From Clostridia bacterium (GTDB lineage: Bacteria > Bacillota > Clostridia > Oscillospirales > CAG-272): a stretch of DNA of 64,000 nucleotides. This document shows positions 35,629 to 45,648 of this stretch, piece by piece; position 1 is the first letter of the stretch; the number at the start of each line of letters is the position of its first letter. The notes below the pieces were generated by a model. That model saw only the letters and a program-made list of their open reading frames with translations. It did not search any database and was not told where the DNA came from. The stretch is from positions 3,323-67,322 of the forward strand of contig JAFQEG010000041.1 of the NCBI GenBank assembly GCA_017399145.1, in the 5' to 3' direction. The position numbers and the translations under genes are program-made.

Positions 35629-38600
35629 ATGAGAAAGAGAGCGACAAGAGCACTGGCTATGCTTCTATGCTTAATAATGGTTTGCGCAACTATTGCCATT
35701 CCAGTTTCAGCTGCTAGCACCGGTAGCTCAACGGGAAATAAGGTCTCTATTTCTGATGTTAGTGAGATTTTGAACGCTATATCCTACACTAAGTACAGAG
35801 ATAGCATCCCGTCATTGAAGGTCGGCAACAAAGAGGTGCCACTTGACATATTCAATTATGAATACAAGTACACAGGCACAGCGCCATCAACCGACATCAC
35901 AAAAGACTACAATGGAGAGGAAAACACCTTGTACATTCCTGAAAAGGGAACAGTTACATGGTCCTTCCAAATCCCAGAGGGTGGTACTGGTAACTATACC
36001 ATCGAAATTGAATATTGCCACGCAACAAGCAAGGCGAACTCAATTGAAAGAATTTTCTATATCAACGGAGAGGTTCCATTCTCCGAGGCTCGTTCCATAG
36101 TTCTTTCAAAGGTTTGGGAATATCAATACCTAACCGATGACAAGGGCAACATAGTTTACAACGAGAACGGACAGCCTATGTTCGACATAGACAATAATGG
36201 AAACGATATTCGTCCAGTCGTTGGTATAGTTTCTGACCCAAATAAAAAGTGGGTTACATACGCAATTAGCGACTCAAACGGCTATGAGATTCACCCATTC
36301 CAATTCTACTTTGAGGAGGGTGCAAACACAATCTCTATGGAAAGCCAAAGAGAGCCTGTTATAATTAGGTCCATTAAGCTTGTACCATACAACAACCTTC
36401 CAAGCTATGAAAGCTACATACAACAAATCTTGAACAAGGTTGGTGGAACACTTGAGAGCAACAGAGTAACCGAGCAAATGATAAAGGATGCTATCAACAA
36501 GGGTAACATTATTATCGAGGCTGAGGCACCAGATAGAGTTTCAGCAGTTACTATGTACCCAGTTTACGATAGAACCTCTTCTATCACAAGTGGTGTTACA
36601 GGTCCACAATCTGCAGTTGTTACAAAGTACAACACAGCAGGTAAGGAGCAATGGCAAAACGTTGGTGAGTGGATGACCTATACCTTCAAGGCGCCAGCAA
36701 CAGGCTTCTATTCTATTTCTGTAAGATACAAGCAAGCCCTACTTAGTGGTATGTTTGTTTCAAGAAGATTGTACATCAATGGTGAAATTCCATTTGAGGA
36801 AGCAAACAACTGTCGTTTCCCATTTGCAGACCAATGGCAAACAATATTCCTAGGCGACGGAAATAAGACCTTCGAGTTTTATTTCGAGGAGGGCAAGGAA
36901 TACGAGCTTAAGCTAGAGGCAGTTTTAGGTGAAGAAATGGGTGCCGAGATTGAAAAGGTAAACGAGGCGCTTTCAGTAATCAACAACTGCTACCTTGAAA
37001 TCCTAAAGCTTACAGGTAGTGATCCTGACGCAAACCGTGACTACGACTTTGCAAGAGTAATGCCAGGCGTTATGCGTGATATGTTTGACCAATTCGTAAA
37101 CCTTAAGGGCGTTTATACAAGAATGGTTGCAAGCTCAGGTAAGGGCGAAAAGACATCAACAATTGAACAGGTTTATCTGTTGCTAGAAAAAATGGCAAAG
37201 GACGAAAAGCAGATACCTGGAAACCTTCAAACACTAAAATCCAATATCGGTTCACTCGGTACTTGGGTAAATAGTGCAAAGACTCAACCACTACAGGTTG
37301 ACCTTTATAGCGTTCAATCAATCGACAGTGCAGTCCCACAGGGCTCATCAGGCTTCTTTGCATCTCTTTGGTACGAGATTCAGCTATTCTTTGCAAGCTT
37401 CACAATCGACTATAATGACCTCGGTGGTGGTAGCGAGGAAGGCGTAGTTGGCGAAGACCACAAGGTAGATGTTTGGGTTGCAACAGGTCGTGACCAAGCA
37501 CAAATTATAAGAAACCTCATTGATAATAATTTCTCACAGGTAGCGGGACACGAGGGAATTAAGGTTAGCTTGAAGCTTATTTCAGGTGGTACACTTCTTC
37601 CATCTGTTCTTGCAGGCTCAGGTCCTGACGTTGCGCTTATGGAATCAAGCACAATGATTATCGACTATGCGCTTCGTGATGCTGTATATCCATTAAACGA
37701 GTTTATCGAAAAGGATACAGTATATGATGAAAAGGGTAATGTGGTAAGTAGCCCATTGGATGCGTTCCCAGATGCAGCTATGATTCCTCTTACACTTCAC
37801 GACTACGATATGAAGACAGACACAACCTATAAGAATTACTATGGCTTGCCAGATTCCTTAACCTTCCCAATGATGTTCTATCGTAAGGACGTTTTGGCAT
37901 CTCTTGAGCTTTCAGTACCAGAAACATGGGATGATATGCTTTCTATCCTACCTGTATTACAATACAACAACATGGAAATCGGTATTCAAAACGATATCTA
38001 TACATTTATATATCAAAGCGGTAATGAGGCTTACTCAAACAAGGGTATGTCAATCAACTTTGACGACCAGGGCGTACTAAACGCATTTACAAAGATGTGT
38101 AATATGTACACTCAATACTCACTACCATACACCTTTGATTTTGCAAACCGTTTCAGAACAGGTGAAATGCCAATCGGTATCGCACCATATACAACATGTA
38201 ACCAGCTCGCAGTATTCGCATCTGAGCTATCAGGTCTATGGACCTTCGTTCCAATGCCAGGCTATGAGTTGACAAATGAAGACGGTGAAACCTACATTAA
38301 TAACTGCGCTATTGCAACAGTTACAGGATGCTTAATGCTCAACGGCTGTGACAATAGAGAGGACACTTGGAAGTTTATGAAGTGGTACACCGCTAAGGAT
38401 TTCCAGGTTGCATATTCAAACGAAATCGTATCCATTATGGGTATTGCAGCAAGACCTGCAACAGCAAACTCTGAGGCAATCAGAGAGCTTCCTTGGACAA
38501 CAGAGGAGGCAGATAACATTCTTGCTCAATTTGAAAACCTTACAGCAGTTGAAAACCACCCAGGTAGCTATTACCTAGCTCGTTATATCAGCTTCGCATT

Positions 38601-39024
38601 CCTAGCTGCATACAACGAGGGCAAGGACCCAGCTGACGCACTTCTTTCATATGTTAATACTATTAACGCAGAAATTGAAAGAAGAAGAGAAGAATTTAAA
38701 AACGACGTAGCAGACGACGACCCCAATAAGAGATATATGTACACAGTTGCAGAGCTTGATGCATATTTACTTGCTGAGGGTACTGATAGCTATGAAGCGT
38801 TCCTTGACAATCTTGCCAAGGATGAGGCTAAGTACAACGAGTACGTAAAGACCTCACAAATTTATGAGCGCTACTTAGAAAAGCAAGAGGAATACGTAAC
38901 CTCAAGCGAGTACGAAAGCTACCTTGAAGCTCTTGCTAGCAACCAAGCAGAATTCGAAAAGTACAAGAAGGAATCCAGAATGTACGCTCGTTATCTTGAA
39001 TTGGTTGTAAACGTAGAAGACTAA
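35629..39024 (+). CDS. Giant secreted protein: two CBM-like beta-sandwich modules fused to a family-1 extracellular solute-binding domain
   Basis: Signal peptide ending VSA-AS with no lipobox. Internal duplication: GTVTWSFQIPEGGTGNYTIEIEYCHA...RIFYINGEVPFSEA versus GEWMTYTFKAPATGFYSISVRYKQA...RRLYINGEIPFEEA. SBP-like segment VDVWVATGRDQAQIIRNLIDNNF...LLPSVLAGSGPDVAL. The C-terminal tail has three Y-x-x-YLE repeats. Confidence 0.75.
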   Translation: MRKRATRALAMLLCLIMVCATIAIPVSAASTGSSTGNKVSISDVSEILNAISYTKYRDSIPSLKVGNKEVPLDIFNYEYKYTGTAPSTDITKDYNGEENTLYIPEKGTVTWSFQIPEGGTGNYTIEIEYCHATSKANSIERIFYINGEVPFSEARSIVLSKVWEYQYLTDDKGNIVYNENGQPMFDIDNNGNDIRPVVGIVSDPNKKWVTYAISDSNGYEIHPFQFYFEEGANTISMESQREPVIIRSIKLVPYNNLPSYESYIQQILNKVGGTLESNRVTEQMIKDAINKGNIIIEAEAPDRVSAVTMYPVYDRTSSITSGVTGPQSAVVTKYNTAGKEQWQNVGEWMTYTFKAPATGFYSISVRYKQALLSGMFVSRRLYINGEIPFEEANNCRFPFADQWQTIFLGDGNKTFEFYFEEGKEYELKLEAVLGEEMGAEIEKVNEALSVINNCYLEILKLTGSDPDANRDYDFARVMPGVMRDMFDQFVNLKGVYTRMVASSGKGEKTSTIEQVYLLLEKMAKDEKQIPGNLQTLKSNIGSLGTWVNSAKTQPLQVDLYSVQSIDSAVPQGSSGFFASLWYEIQLFFASFTIDYNDLGGGSEEGVVGEDHKVDVWVATGRDQAQIIRNLIDNNFSQVAGHEGIKVSLKLISGGTLLPSVLAGSGPDVALMESSTMIIDYALRDAVYPLNEFIEKDTVYDEKGNVVSSPLDAFPDAAMIPLTLHDYDMKTDTTYKNYYGLPDSLTFPMMFYRKDVLASLELSVPETWDDMLSILPVLQYNNMEIGIQNDIYTFIYQSGNEAYSNKGMSINFDDQGVLNAFTKMCNMYTQYSLPYTFDFANRFRTGEMPIGIAPYTTCNQLAVFASELSGLWTFVPMPGYELTNEDGETYINNCAIATVTGCLMLNGCDNREDTWKFMKWYTAKDFQVAYSNEIVSIMGIAARPATANSEAIRELPWTTEEADNILAQFENLTAVENHPGSYYLARYISFAFLAAYNEGKDPADALLSYVNTINAEIERRREEFKNDVADDDPNKRYMYTVAELDAYLLAEGTDSYEAFLDNLAKDEAKYNEYVKTSQIYERYLEKQEEYVTSSEYESYLEALASNQAEFEKYKKESRMYARYLELVVNVED

Positions 39025-39056
39025 GCTTCGAAAATACTAGAAGAAGGAGAATGTAA

Positions 39057-40124
39057 ATGGACGAACGTAATAATAATGTTGAAAATGACGTTTTAGTTGA
39101 CGACCAAAACGTTGAAAAAGCAGATTTACATGTAGAAGGTATTGTCGAAGATAATAGCCCAAAGGGTAATAAGGTAGCAAAGCCAAAGAAAAAGAAGGCA
39201 ATTGCAAGAAAAGATATGACCATGGCACAATGGACATGGCACGAAATGAAGAGAAATAAGGTTGCTTACCTTATGATTCTTCCATTTATGCTTGTATTCA
39301 TACTTTTCACAGTATTCCCAGTAGGACTTTCACTTGTACTCAGCTTTACAAACTTCAATATGCTATCCTTTAGCTGGGATATGTTTATTGGAATTGATAA
39401 CTATCTAAGATTGTTCTTCGAGGACGATATATTCCTACTCGCATGTAAGAACACCTTAGTATTCGCAATGATAACAGGACCTGTATCCTATATCCTTTCA
39501 TTCTTGGTTGCGTGGTTCATCAATGAGCTACCACCAAGAGTAAGAGCAGTGGTTACCCTTGTATTCTACGCACCATCAATTTCAGGTGCCGTATATACAA
39601 TTTGGGGTGTGCTTTTCTCAAACGACTCATATGGTTGGGTAAACGGTACACTTATGGATTTGGGCTTTATCGACTCCCCAATCCTTTGGTTCTATGACGA
39701 AAACTATGCAATGCCACTTTGTATCGTAGTTGCACTTTGGATGTCACTCGGTACGGCATTCCTTTCATTCATCGCAGGTCTTCAAACAATCGACAAGAGC
39801 TTGTTTGAGGCTGCAGCGGTTGACGGTATCAAGAACAGATGGCAGGAGCTATGGTACATTACCTTGCCTATGATGAGACCTCAGCTAATGTTCGGTGCGG
39901 TTATGGCTATCACAAGCTCATTCGGCTTTGGTGGTGTTGTTACAGCACTTTGTGGCTTCCCATCAGTAAACTATTCGTGTCATACAATTATGCACTGTCT
40001 AGATGACTATGGTAACCAACGTTGGGAGGTAGGTTATGCCTCCGCAATAGCCTTTGTGCTATTCTTAATTATGATTGGCGCTAACACGCTAGTTAATAAA
40101 ATGCTATCGAAGGTAGGACAATGA
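39057..40124 (+). CDS. Carbohydrate ABC transporter permease, MalF-type (pair 1), with an acidic N-terminal extension
   Basis: Six TM helices, YLMILPFMLVFILFTVFP start and EAA loop EAAAVDGIKNRWQELWYITLPMMRP. Confidence 0.88.
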   Translation: MDERNNNVENDVLVDDQNVEKADLHVEGIVEDNSPKGNKVAKPKKKKAIARKDMTMAQWTWHEMKRNKVAYLMILPFMLVFILFTVFPVGLSLVLSFTNFNMLSFSWDMFIGIDNYLRLFFEDDIFLLACKNTLVFAMITGPVSYILSFLVAWFINELPPRVRAVVTLVFYAPSISGAVYTIWGVLFSNDSYGWVNGTLMDLGFIDSPILWFYDENYAMPLCIVVALWMSLGTAFLSFIAGLQTIDKSLFEAAAVDGIKNRWQELWYITLPMMRPQLMFGAVMAITSSFGFGGVVTALCGFPSVNYSCHTIMHCLDDYGNQRWEVGYASAIAFVLFLIMIGANTLVNKMLSKVGQ

Positions 40125-40125
40125 T

Positions 40126-40998
40126 ATGCAAAAAATGAGAGTTAGAAATCATCAAGTTGTCCTCAACCGTTCGGTAGGAGGCGACGCAGGAATATTTTTC
40201 TTCCTTGCAATAATGGGAGCATTTATGTTCCTTCCTATGATATATGTAGTGGTACAATCCTTTAAGCCTCTTGATGAGCTATGGATGTTCCCACCTAAGT
40301 TTATCGTTATGAAACCTACACCTAAAAACTATGTAGACCTATTTACCTTGCTTAGTGATTCATGGGTTCCATTTTCGAGATACATATTCAACACAGTATT
40401 AATTACAGCTGCTGGTACCTTTGGTAACCTTGTATTATCATCACTTGCAGCTTATGCGGTATCAAAAATACCATTCCCAGGCAGAAAAGGCGTGTTCTGG
40501 ATTATTCAACGTTCACTTATGTTTACGTCCACAGTAACCGCTATTGCAAACTTTATGACATTGACAAGACTAGGACTTATGGATAACCCCTTAGCACTTA
40601 TTATTCCTGCGTGGGGCTCAACTATGGGTCTTTACCTAATGAAGCAGTTTATGGACTCCTCAATTTCCGATGCGGTGCTAGAAAGTGCCCGACTTGACGG
40701 ATGTAGTGAGTTTAGGACCTTCTGGACCATAGCAATGCCAATGGTTAAGCCTGCTTGGCTAACATTGATTATTTATTCATTCCAAGGCCTATGGAACACA
40801 GGTGCCTCTGCATACATATATAGTGAGCAGTGGAAAACCCTTAACTATGCTATCACTCAGATTACCGCAGGCGGTATCGCCCGTGCAGGTGCATCTGCTG
40901 CCGGCTCAGTTCTTATGATGATTGTTCCTATTCTTGTATTCGTAATATCACAAAGTAATATTATTGAAACAATGGCATCTAGTGGTATGAAGGATTAA
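40126..40998 (+). CDS. Carbohydrate ABC transporter permease, MalG-type (pair 1)
   Basis: EAA loop ESARLDGCSEFRTFWTIAMPMVKP. Starts 1 nt after the preceding stop. Confidence 0.88.
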   Translation: MQKMRVRNHQVVLNRSVGGDAGIFFFLAIMGAFMFLPMIYVVVQSFKPLDELWMFPPKFIVMKPTPKNYVDLFTLLSDSWVPFSRYIFNTVLITAAGTFGNLVLSSLAAYAVSKIPFPGRKGVFWIIQRSLMFTSTVTAIANFMTLTRLGLMDNPLALIIPAWGSTMGLYLMKQFMDSSISDAVLESARLDGCSEFRTFWTIAMPMVKPAWLTLIIYSFQGLWNTGASAYIYSEQWKTLNYAITQITAGGIARAGASAAGSVLMMIVPILVFVISQSNIIETMASSGMKD

Positions 40999-41014
40999 GG
41001 AGGGTAATGAGTAT

Positions 41015-43183
41015 ATGAATAAATTAGTAAGAATCATTTCCTTCGCCTTTGTATTGCTATTCGTTTTCGCAACAGTGATATCAGCTGCAACACCTTATGC
41101 TACCTATACTTATTCAATAGACGGCTTAGTGCTTGATTCACCTGATGCATACGTGCCATACGGCGACGGACCAATCACATCTGCAATCCTAGGACTTGAT
41201 AAGCCTATGCAGGACCCATCTGATATTGAATCAGATGCCAATGAAAACATTTATATTGCCGACAAGGGTAATAACAGAATTATCGTAACCAACAAGTTTT
41301 ACGAGGTTAAATATATAATTGAAAAGTTTACAAACTACGACGGAGTAGAGGATACCTTTAAATCCCCAGTTAGCACCTTTGTAGTTGACGACGGCGCCTA
41401 TAAGGGACTTTACGTTTGCGATAAGGACAACAAGAGAATTGTAGTATTCGACCAAGATACAGGCTTCCTTAAAAAGGTGTTTAACGAGCCTGAGATTGAA
41501 TTTGAGGACGACAACTCAGGCTATTCACCTGTAAGCTGTGTAGTTGACCAACACGGTAGAATTTACGTTGTTTCCGATAAAACAACAAAGGGTATCATAG
41601 TATTAACACCTAATGGTGACTTCATCAACTTTATCGGTGCACCAAAGGTTTCCGTTTCTGCTATGGAAAGCTTGCTACAAATCGTAAACCCAAATGCAGC
41701 ATCAAACATTTCACACGCAGCAACACCATACTCAAAGCTTGACCTTGATAATATGTCAAGAGACTTCGTTTATGGTACAGTTGTTTACACAACAGACGAC
41801 GACCAAAAGAACCAACAATCAGCAATCACAAGCAAAAATCCTGACTATGCGCCAGTAAGACTTCTCAATGCAAGTGGTAACGACATTATGCAAAGAAATG
41901 GCTTCTTCGCACCAGCAGGTGAGGTTGCGGTTGCTAAGACAGGCCCAACAACAGCTATCAATAAGAATGCACCTACCGGTGTTTCCTCAGTAGTTGACGT
42001 TGCAAGTGGTCGAGACGGAATTTGGTCAATCATTGACAACAAGCGTTCAAAGGTTTATACCTACGACCAAAACGGTAACCTACTTTACATCTTCGGTGAC
42101 GCAGGTGATAAATTCGGTAATATTTCAAAGGCGCAGGCTATTACATATCAGGGCGACAAGATAGTTGTACTTGACGTAACCTCACTTTCCTTTACCGTTT
42201 ACAGACAAACAGAGTATGCTAAAAAGCTTTCACAGGCTATTAGATATCAAAATGAAAGAAACTTTGACAAGGCAACAGAGGCATGGCAAGAGGTTCTAGC
42301 ATGGAACAACAACTTCGACACTGCTTACGTTGAAATGGGTAAGGCACTCTTCCGTGATAATCAACCTGAAAAGGCTCAAGAATACTTTATGAATGCCTTC
42401 GATACAGAAAACTATGCAGAGGCATTTAAGCAAACTCGTGCAAACCAAATGAAAATCTGGTTTATTCCTTTAATTATATTAGTAGTAGTATTGCTCATTG
42501 GTGTTGTTTACCTATTCAAGTGGGCAGGCAAGGTTAATAAGGCAACAGCTACTAAGGGTGGCAAGCGTACCTTCCTTGAGGAATTTATGTTCGGCTTCCA
42601 CTTGATGTTCCACCCATTCGATGGATATTGGGACCTAAAGCACGAAAAGCGTGGCTCAGTAAGAGCATCTATCGTTTACATTGTTTTAACAATCCTTGCA
42701 TTCTACTGGCAATCAGTAGGTCAGGGCTATTACTACAACCCACAAAATGTAACCAGTACAATATTTGCACAGGCATCATCAATTTTGATTCCTTTGTTCC
42801 TATGGATTATTGCTAACTGGTGCTTTACAACATTGTTTGATGGAGAGGGTAGCTTTAAGGATATCTTTATCGCAACCTCATACGGCTTATTCCCAGTACC
42901 TGCACTTGTAGTAGTTTCTACAATACTTACAAACTTCCTAGTTGGTACAGAGGCACAAATTACAACAATGATTGTAACTATTGCATACATTTGGATGGCA
43001 TTCCTAATTGTTATTGGTATGCAGGTAACACACGACTACTCAATGGGCAAGAATATTCTTACCGTAATAGCGACACTTGTTGGTATGATATTCATTATGT
43101 TTATTGCAGTATTGTTCACATCACTTATTTCTAAGATGACATCACTTGTAACAACAATTATAAGTGAATTAAGCTACAGGTAA
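41015..43183 (+). CDS. Fusion membrane protein: signal peptide, NHL-repeat beta-propeller, TPR-like segment, TM helix, then a Yip1-like 5-TM domain
   Basis: NHL-type blades (NIYIADKGNNRIIVTN, GLYVCDKDNKRIVVFDQ, GRIYVVSDKTTKGIIVLTPNG, SKVYTYDQNGNLLYIFG). TPR-like FDKATEAWQEVLAWNNNFDTAYVEMGKAL. TM helix IWFIPLIILVVVLLIGVVYLF. The polytopic C-domain starts FHLMFHPFDGYWDLK, read as Yip1-like from memory. Confidence 0.6.
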   Translation: MNKLVRIISFAFVLLFVFATVISAATPYATYTYSIDGLVLDSPDAYVPYGDGPITSAILGLDKPMQDPSDIESDANENIYIADKGNNRIIVTNKFYEVKYIIEKFTNYDGVEDTFKSPVSTFVVDDGAYKGLYVCDKDNKRIVVFDQDTGFLKKVFNEPEIEFEDDNSGYSPVSCVVDQHGRIYVVSDKTTKGIIVLTPNGDFINFIGAPKVSVSAMESLLQIVNPNAASNISHAATPYSKLDLDNMSRDFVYGTVVYTTDDDQKNQQSAITSKNPDYAPVRLLNASGNDIMQRNGFFAPAGEVAVAKTGPTTAINKNAPTGVSSVVDVASGRDGIWSIIDNKRSKVYTYDQNGNLLYIFGDAGDKFGNISKAQAITYQGDKIVVLDVTSLSFTVYRQTEYAKKLSQAIRYQNERNFDKATEAWQEVLAWNNNFDTAYVEMGKALFRDNQPEKAQEYFMNAFDTENYAEAFKQTRANQMKIWFIPLIILVVVLLIGVVYLFKWAGKVNKATATKGGKRTFLEEFMFGFHLMFHPFDGYWDLKHEKRGSVRASIVYIVLTILAFYWQSVGQGYYYNPQNVTSTIFAQASSILIPLFLWIIANWCFTTLFDGEGSFKDIFIATSYGLFPVPALVVVSTILTNFLVGTEAQITTMIVTIAYIWMAFLIVIGMQVTHDYSMGKNILTVIATLVGMIFIMFIAVLFTSLISKMTSLVTTIISELSYR

Positions 43184-43200
43184 AGGAGGAGGTCGCTAGT

Positions 43201-45645
43201 ATGAAAAATAGAATAATAGCACTCACCCTTGCCGTGTTAATGCTTATTCCTATGTTTGTAATGAATATAGGTGCAGAGAATGTTGAGCAAACAGCCGACT
43301 TCTCAAAGGAAGAGGCTCGCTTAGAGGCAGAAACAATGAATGTTTGTGCAGTAAGTGAAAATGGCTTGTACGAGCTTTGGTATGACGACACAACAGGTGA
43401 GCTTGCTGTAAGAAATACCAAAACTGATGAAATTACTCTATCCAATCACTACGATGCACAGGATATGGAAAGGGTAGGTAAGGACGGCACACCAATTAAA
43501 GCAACTGCAGAGAGACTTTCACAGGTATATCTAAACTATACCACAATAAAGTCTAACTCATCAACTCAGCTTAATAGCTATGAGCACTGTGTTTTCTATA
43601 AGAGACACACCTATGACACACTAAGACATGGTATAACAATTCACTATGTTTTCAAGTCAACCCCATCAGATGTGGACACCTTTAGCTTCTCGGTTAAATA
43701 TGAAATTACAAACGATGGCTTAAGGGCAAGCTTGCTTGGCTCAACTATTAAGTATGACAAAACAAAATACGTGCTAAACACAATTTCAATCTTGCCTGAC
43801 TTTAATGCCGCAAAGAGAACTGATAAGGGCTACACCTTTATTCCTGACGGTAGTGGCGCACTTGTTAGATTTGAGGATGTTTATGGCAAGAATATCCAAG
43901 TAATCATTTCTGAGGCTATGTATGGTAATGACTATGCATACTATCAGGTAGGTATTAAGAATTCTGAGCAATATACAATGCCAGTATTCGGCTTGGTAAA
44001 TAATTCCGTTGCAAACGGTACAGGCTTCTTCGCAATTATCGAGGAGGGTGATTCCTTTGCAATGCCAACATCAGCACACAACATAATGACCAACTCAGCA
44101 TATGCAGTATTTAAGATTACACCATCTGACGTTTACGACCTTGCAAAGTTTGATAAAAACGGCACACAAAGTAACTCATCAATGTCAATCACCTCTGCAT
44201 ATGATTACAAGGGTAATTATACAGTAAACTACAAGCTTTTAACTGCTGATGAAACTGCTAAGGCTAATAACCTTACAGACACGTACGACACAAGCTATAT
44301 GGGTATGGCACAGTATTACAGAGATTACCTCGTTAAAAATGGTAGCCTAAAGAAAAATGAAAAGATTGAAGAGGATGTTAAGCTTTTCATTGAGGTATTC
44401 GGCTCAATCGAGGTTGACGATAAGGTGCTTACATTCCCAGTTAGACGTAACAAGCCACTTACAACCTTTGCTGATGTAAAGGCAATGCAACAATATTTCA
44501 CAAATGCTGAGGAAAATGAAATAACTAGCATTAAGAATATGTCCTTTATTCTAAAGGGCTTTGCAAACGGTGGTATTTTGTCCAACTATCCAACAAAAAT
44601 GAAGTGGCAAAAGGATGTAGGAGGCTACAACGGACTCGTTGACCTTATTAAGGATTCTCAAGATAAGGGCTACGAGGTTACTCCAGACGTAGATTTCGTA
44701 TATTCCTATGGCACAACGTGGTTTAGTGGCTATTCTAACGATAAGAATGGTGTAAGAACACTAGACAATCGTTTCACAACAAAGCGTATTTACTACGCTT
44801 CAACACAAACCTTTGAGCGTACAGGTGGCGTTGCAGTATCAAGTGCATCATTTGTGTACCTATACGATAAATTCTTCAATTCTATTAAGGATATAGAATT
44901 TACAACTCTAGCAACAAGAACACTTGGCTCTGACTTAAACTCTGACTTTGATAAGGATGAGTTTTACGACAGAGAATCATCAAAGAATAACACCGTAGCC
45001 CTTCTTAAGGCACTTACAGGTGCAAACGATAGAAAGGCTTACAATCTAATTGTTAATGCGGGTAACTCTTACGCAATCCCTTATGCAAGCACAGTTTTGA
45101 GTGCAGCACTTGATAGCTCACGCCGTACAAATGCAAGCGAGGCAATTCCATTCCTAGGTCTTGTATATCACGGCTCAATAGAGTATGCAGGTAATGCTCT
45201 TAACACAGAGGGTGACAGCAAGTATATGTTCCTAAAGGCACTTGAAAATGGTGCATCACTTTACTACACACTTGCAATGCAAAACTATGAATATTTGAAG
45301 TTTAATGAGGAATATAACCAATATTACTCAATAAGCTACGAAAATCTAAAGGATACAATTCTTGAAACCTATAAGGAATACAACGAGCTTATGAAGGGCA
45401 AGCAAGACGATTACATCGTTGAGCACGCATTCATGAACACAGAGTATGGCTACAACGTAAAAAGAGCTGAGGACAACAAAGAACTTAACAACTCACTAGT
45501 TGTGCTCGTTGTTTACGAGGACGGAGAAGGCTTTATTCTTAACTACAACGACTATGCAGTAGTAGTTGAGTACGAGGGCACAACCTATAACGTTGATGGC
45601 TTAGGTTATGCAAGATATACTAAAACAACACAGGAGGTAGAGTAA
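43201..45645 (+). CDS. Secreted 814-aa protein of unknown function (possibly DUF5696-like)
   Basis: Signal peptide MKNRIIALTLAVLMLIPMFVMNIGA. No catalytic motif that I recognise. The DUF5696 assignment comes only from recalling that such proteins are annotated next to YIP1-family and sugar permease genes. Confidence 0.4.
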   Translation: MKNRIIALTLAVLMLIPMFVMNIGAENVEQTADFSKEEARLEAETMNVCAVSENGLYELWYDDTTGELAVRNTKTDEITLSNHYDAQDMERVGKDGTPIKATAERLSQVYLNYTTIKSNSSTQLNSYEHCVFYKRHTYDTLRHGITIHYVFKSTPSDVDTFSFSVKYEITNDGLRASLLGSTIKYDKTKYVLNTISILPDFNAAKRTDKGYTFIPDGSGALVRFEDVYGKNIQVIISEAMYGNDYAYYQVGIKNSEQYTMPVFGLVNNSVANGTGFFAIIEEGDSFAMPTSAHNIMTNSAYAVFKITPSDVYDLAKFDKNGTQSNSSMSITSAYDYKGNYTVNYKLLTADETAKANNLTDTYDTSYMGMAQYYRDYLVKNGSLKKNEKIEEDVKLFIEVFGSIEVDDKVLTFPVRRNKPLTTFADVKAMQQYFTNAEENEITSIKNMSFILKGFANGGILSNYPTKMKWQKDVGGYNGLVDLIKDSQDKGYEVTPDVDFVYSYGTTWFSGYSNDKNGVRTLDNRFTTKRIYYASTQTFERTGGVAVSSASFVYLYDKFFNSIKDIEFTTLATRTLGSDLNSDFDKDEFYDRESSKNNTVALLKALTGANDRKAYNLIVNAGNSYAIPYASTVLSAALDSSRRTNASEAIPFLGLVYHGSIEYAGNALNTEGDSKYMFLKALENGASLYYTLAMQNYEYLKFNEEYNQYYSISYENLKDTILETYKEYNELMKGKQDDYIVEHAFMNTEYGYNVKRAEDNKELNNSLVVLVVYEDGEGFILNYNDYAVVVEYEGTTYNVDGLGYARYTKTTQEVE

Positions 45646-45648
45646 AAT

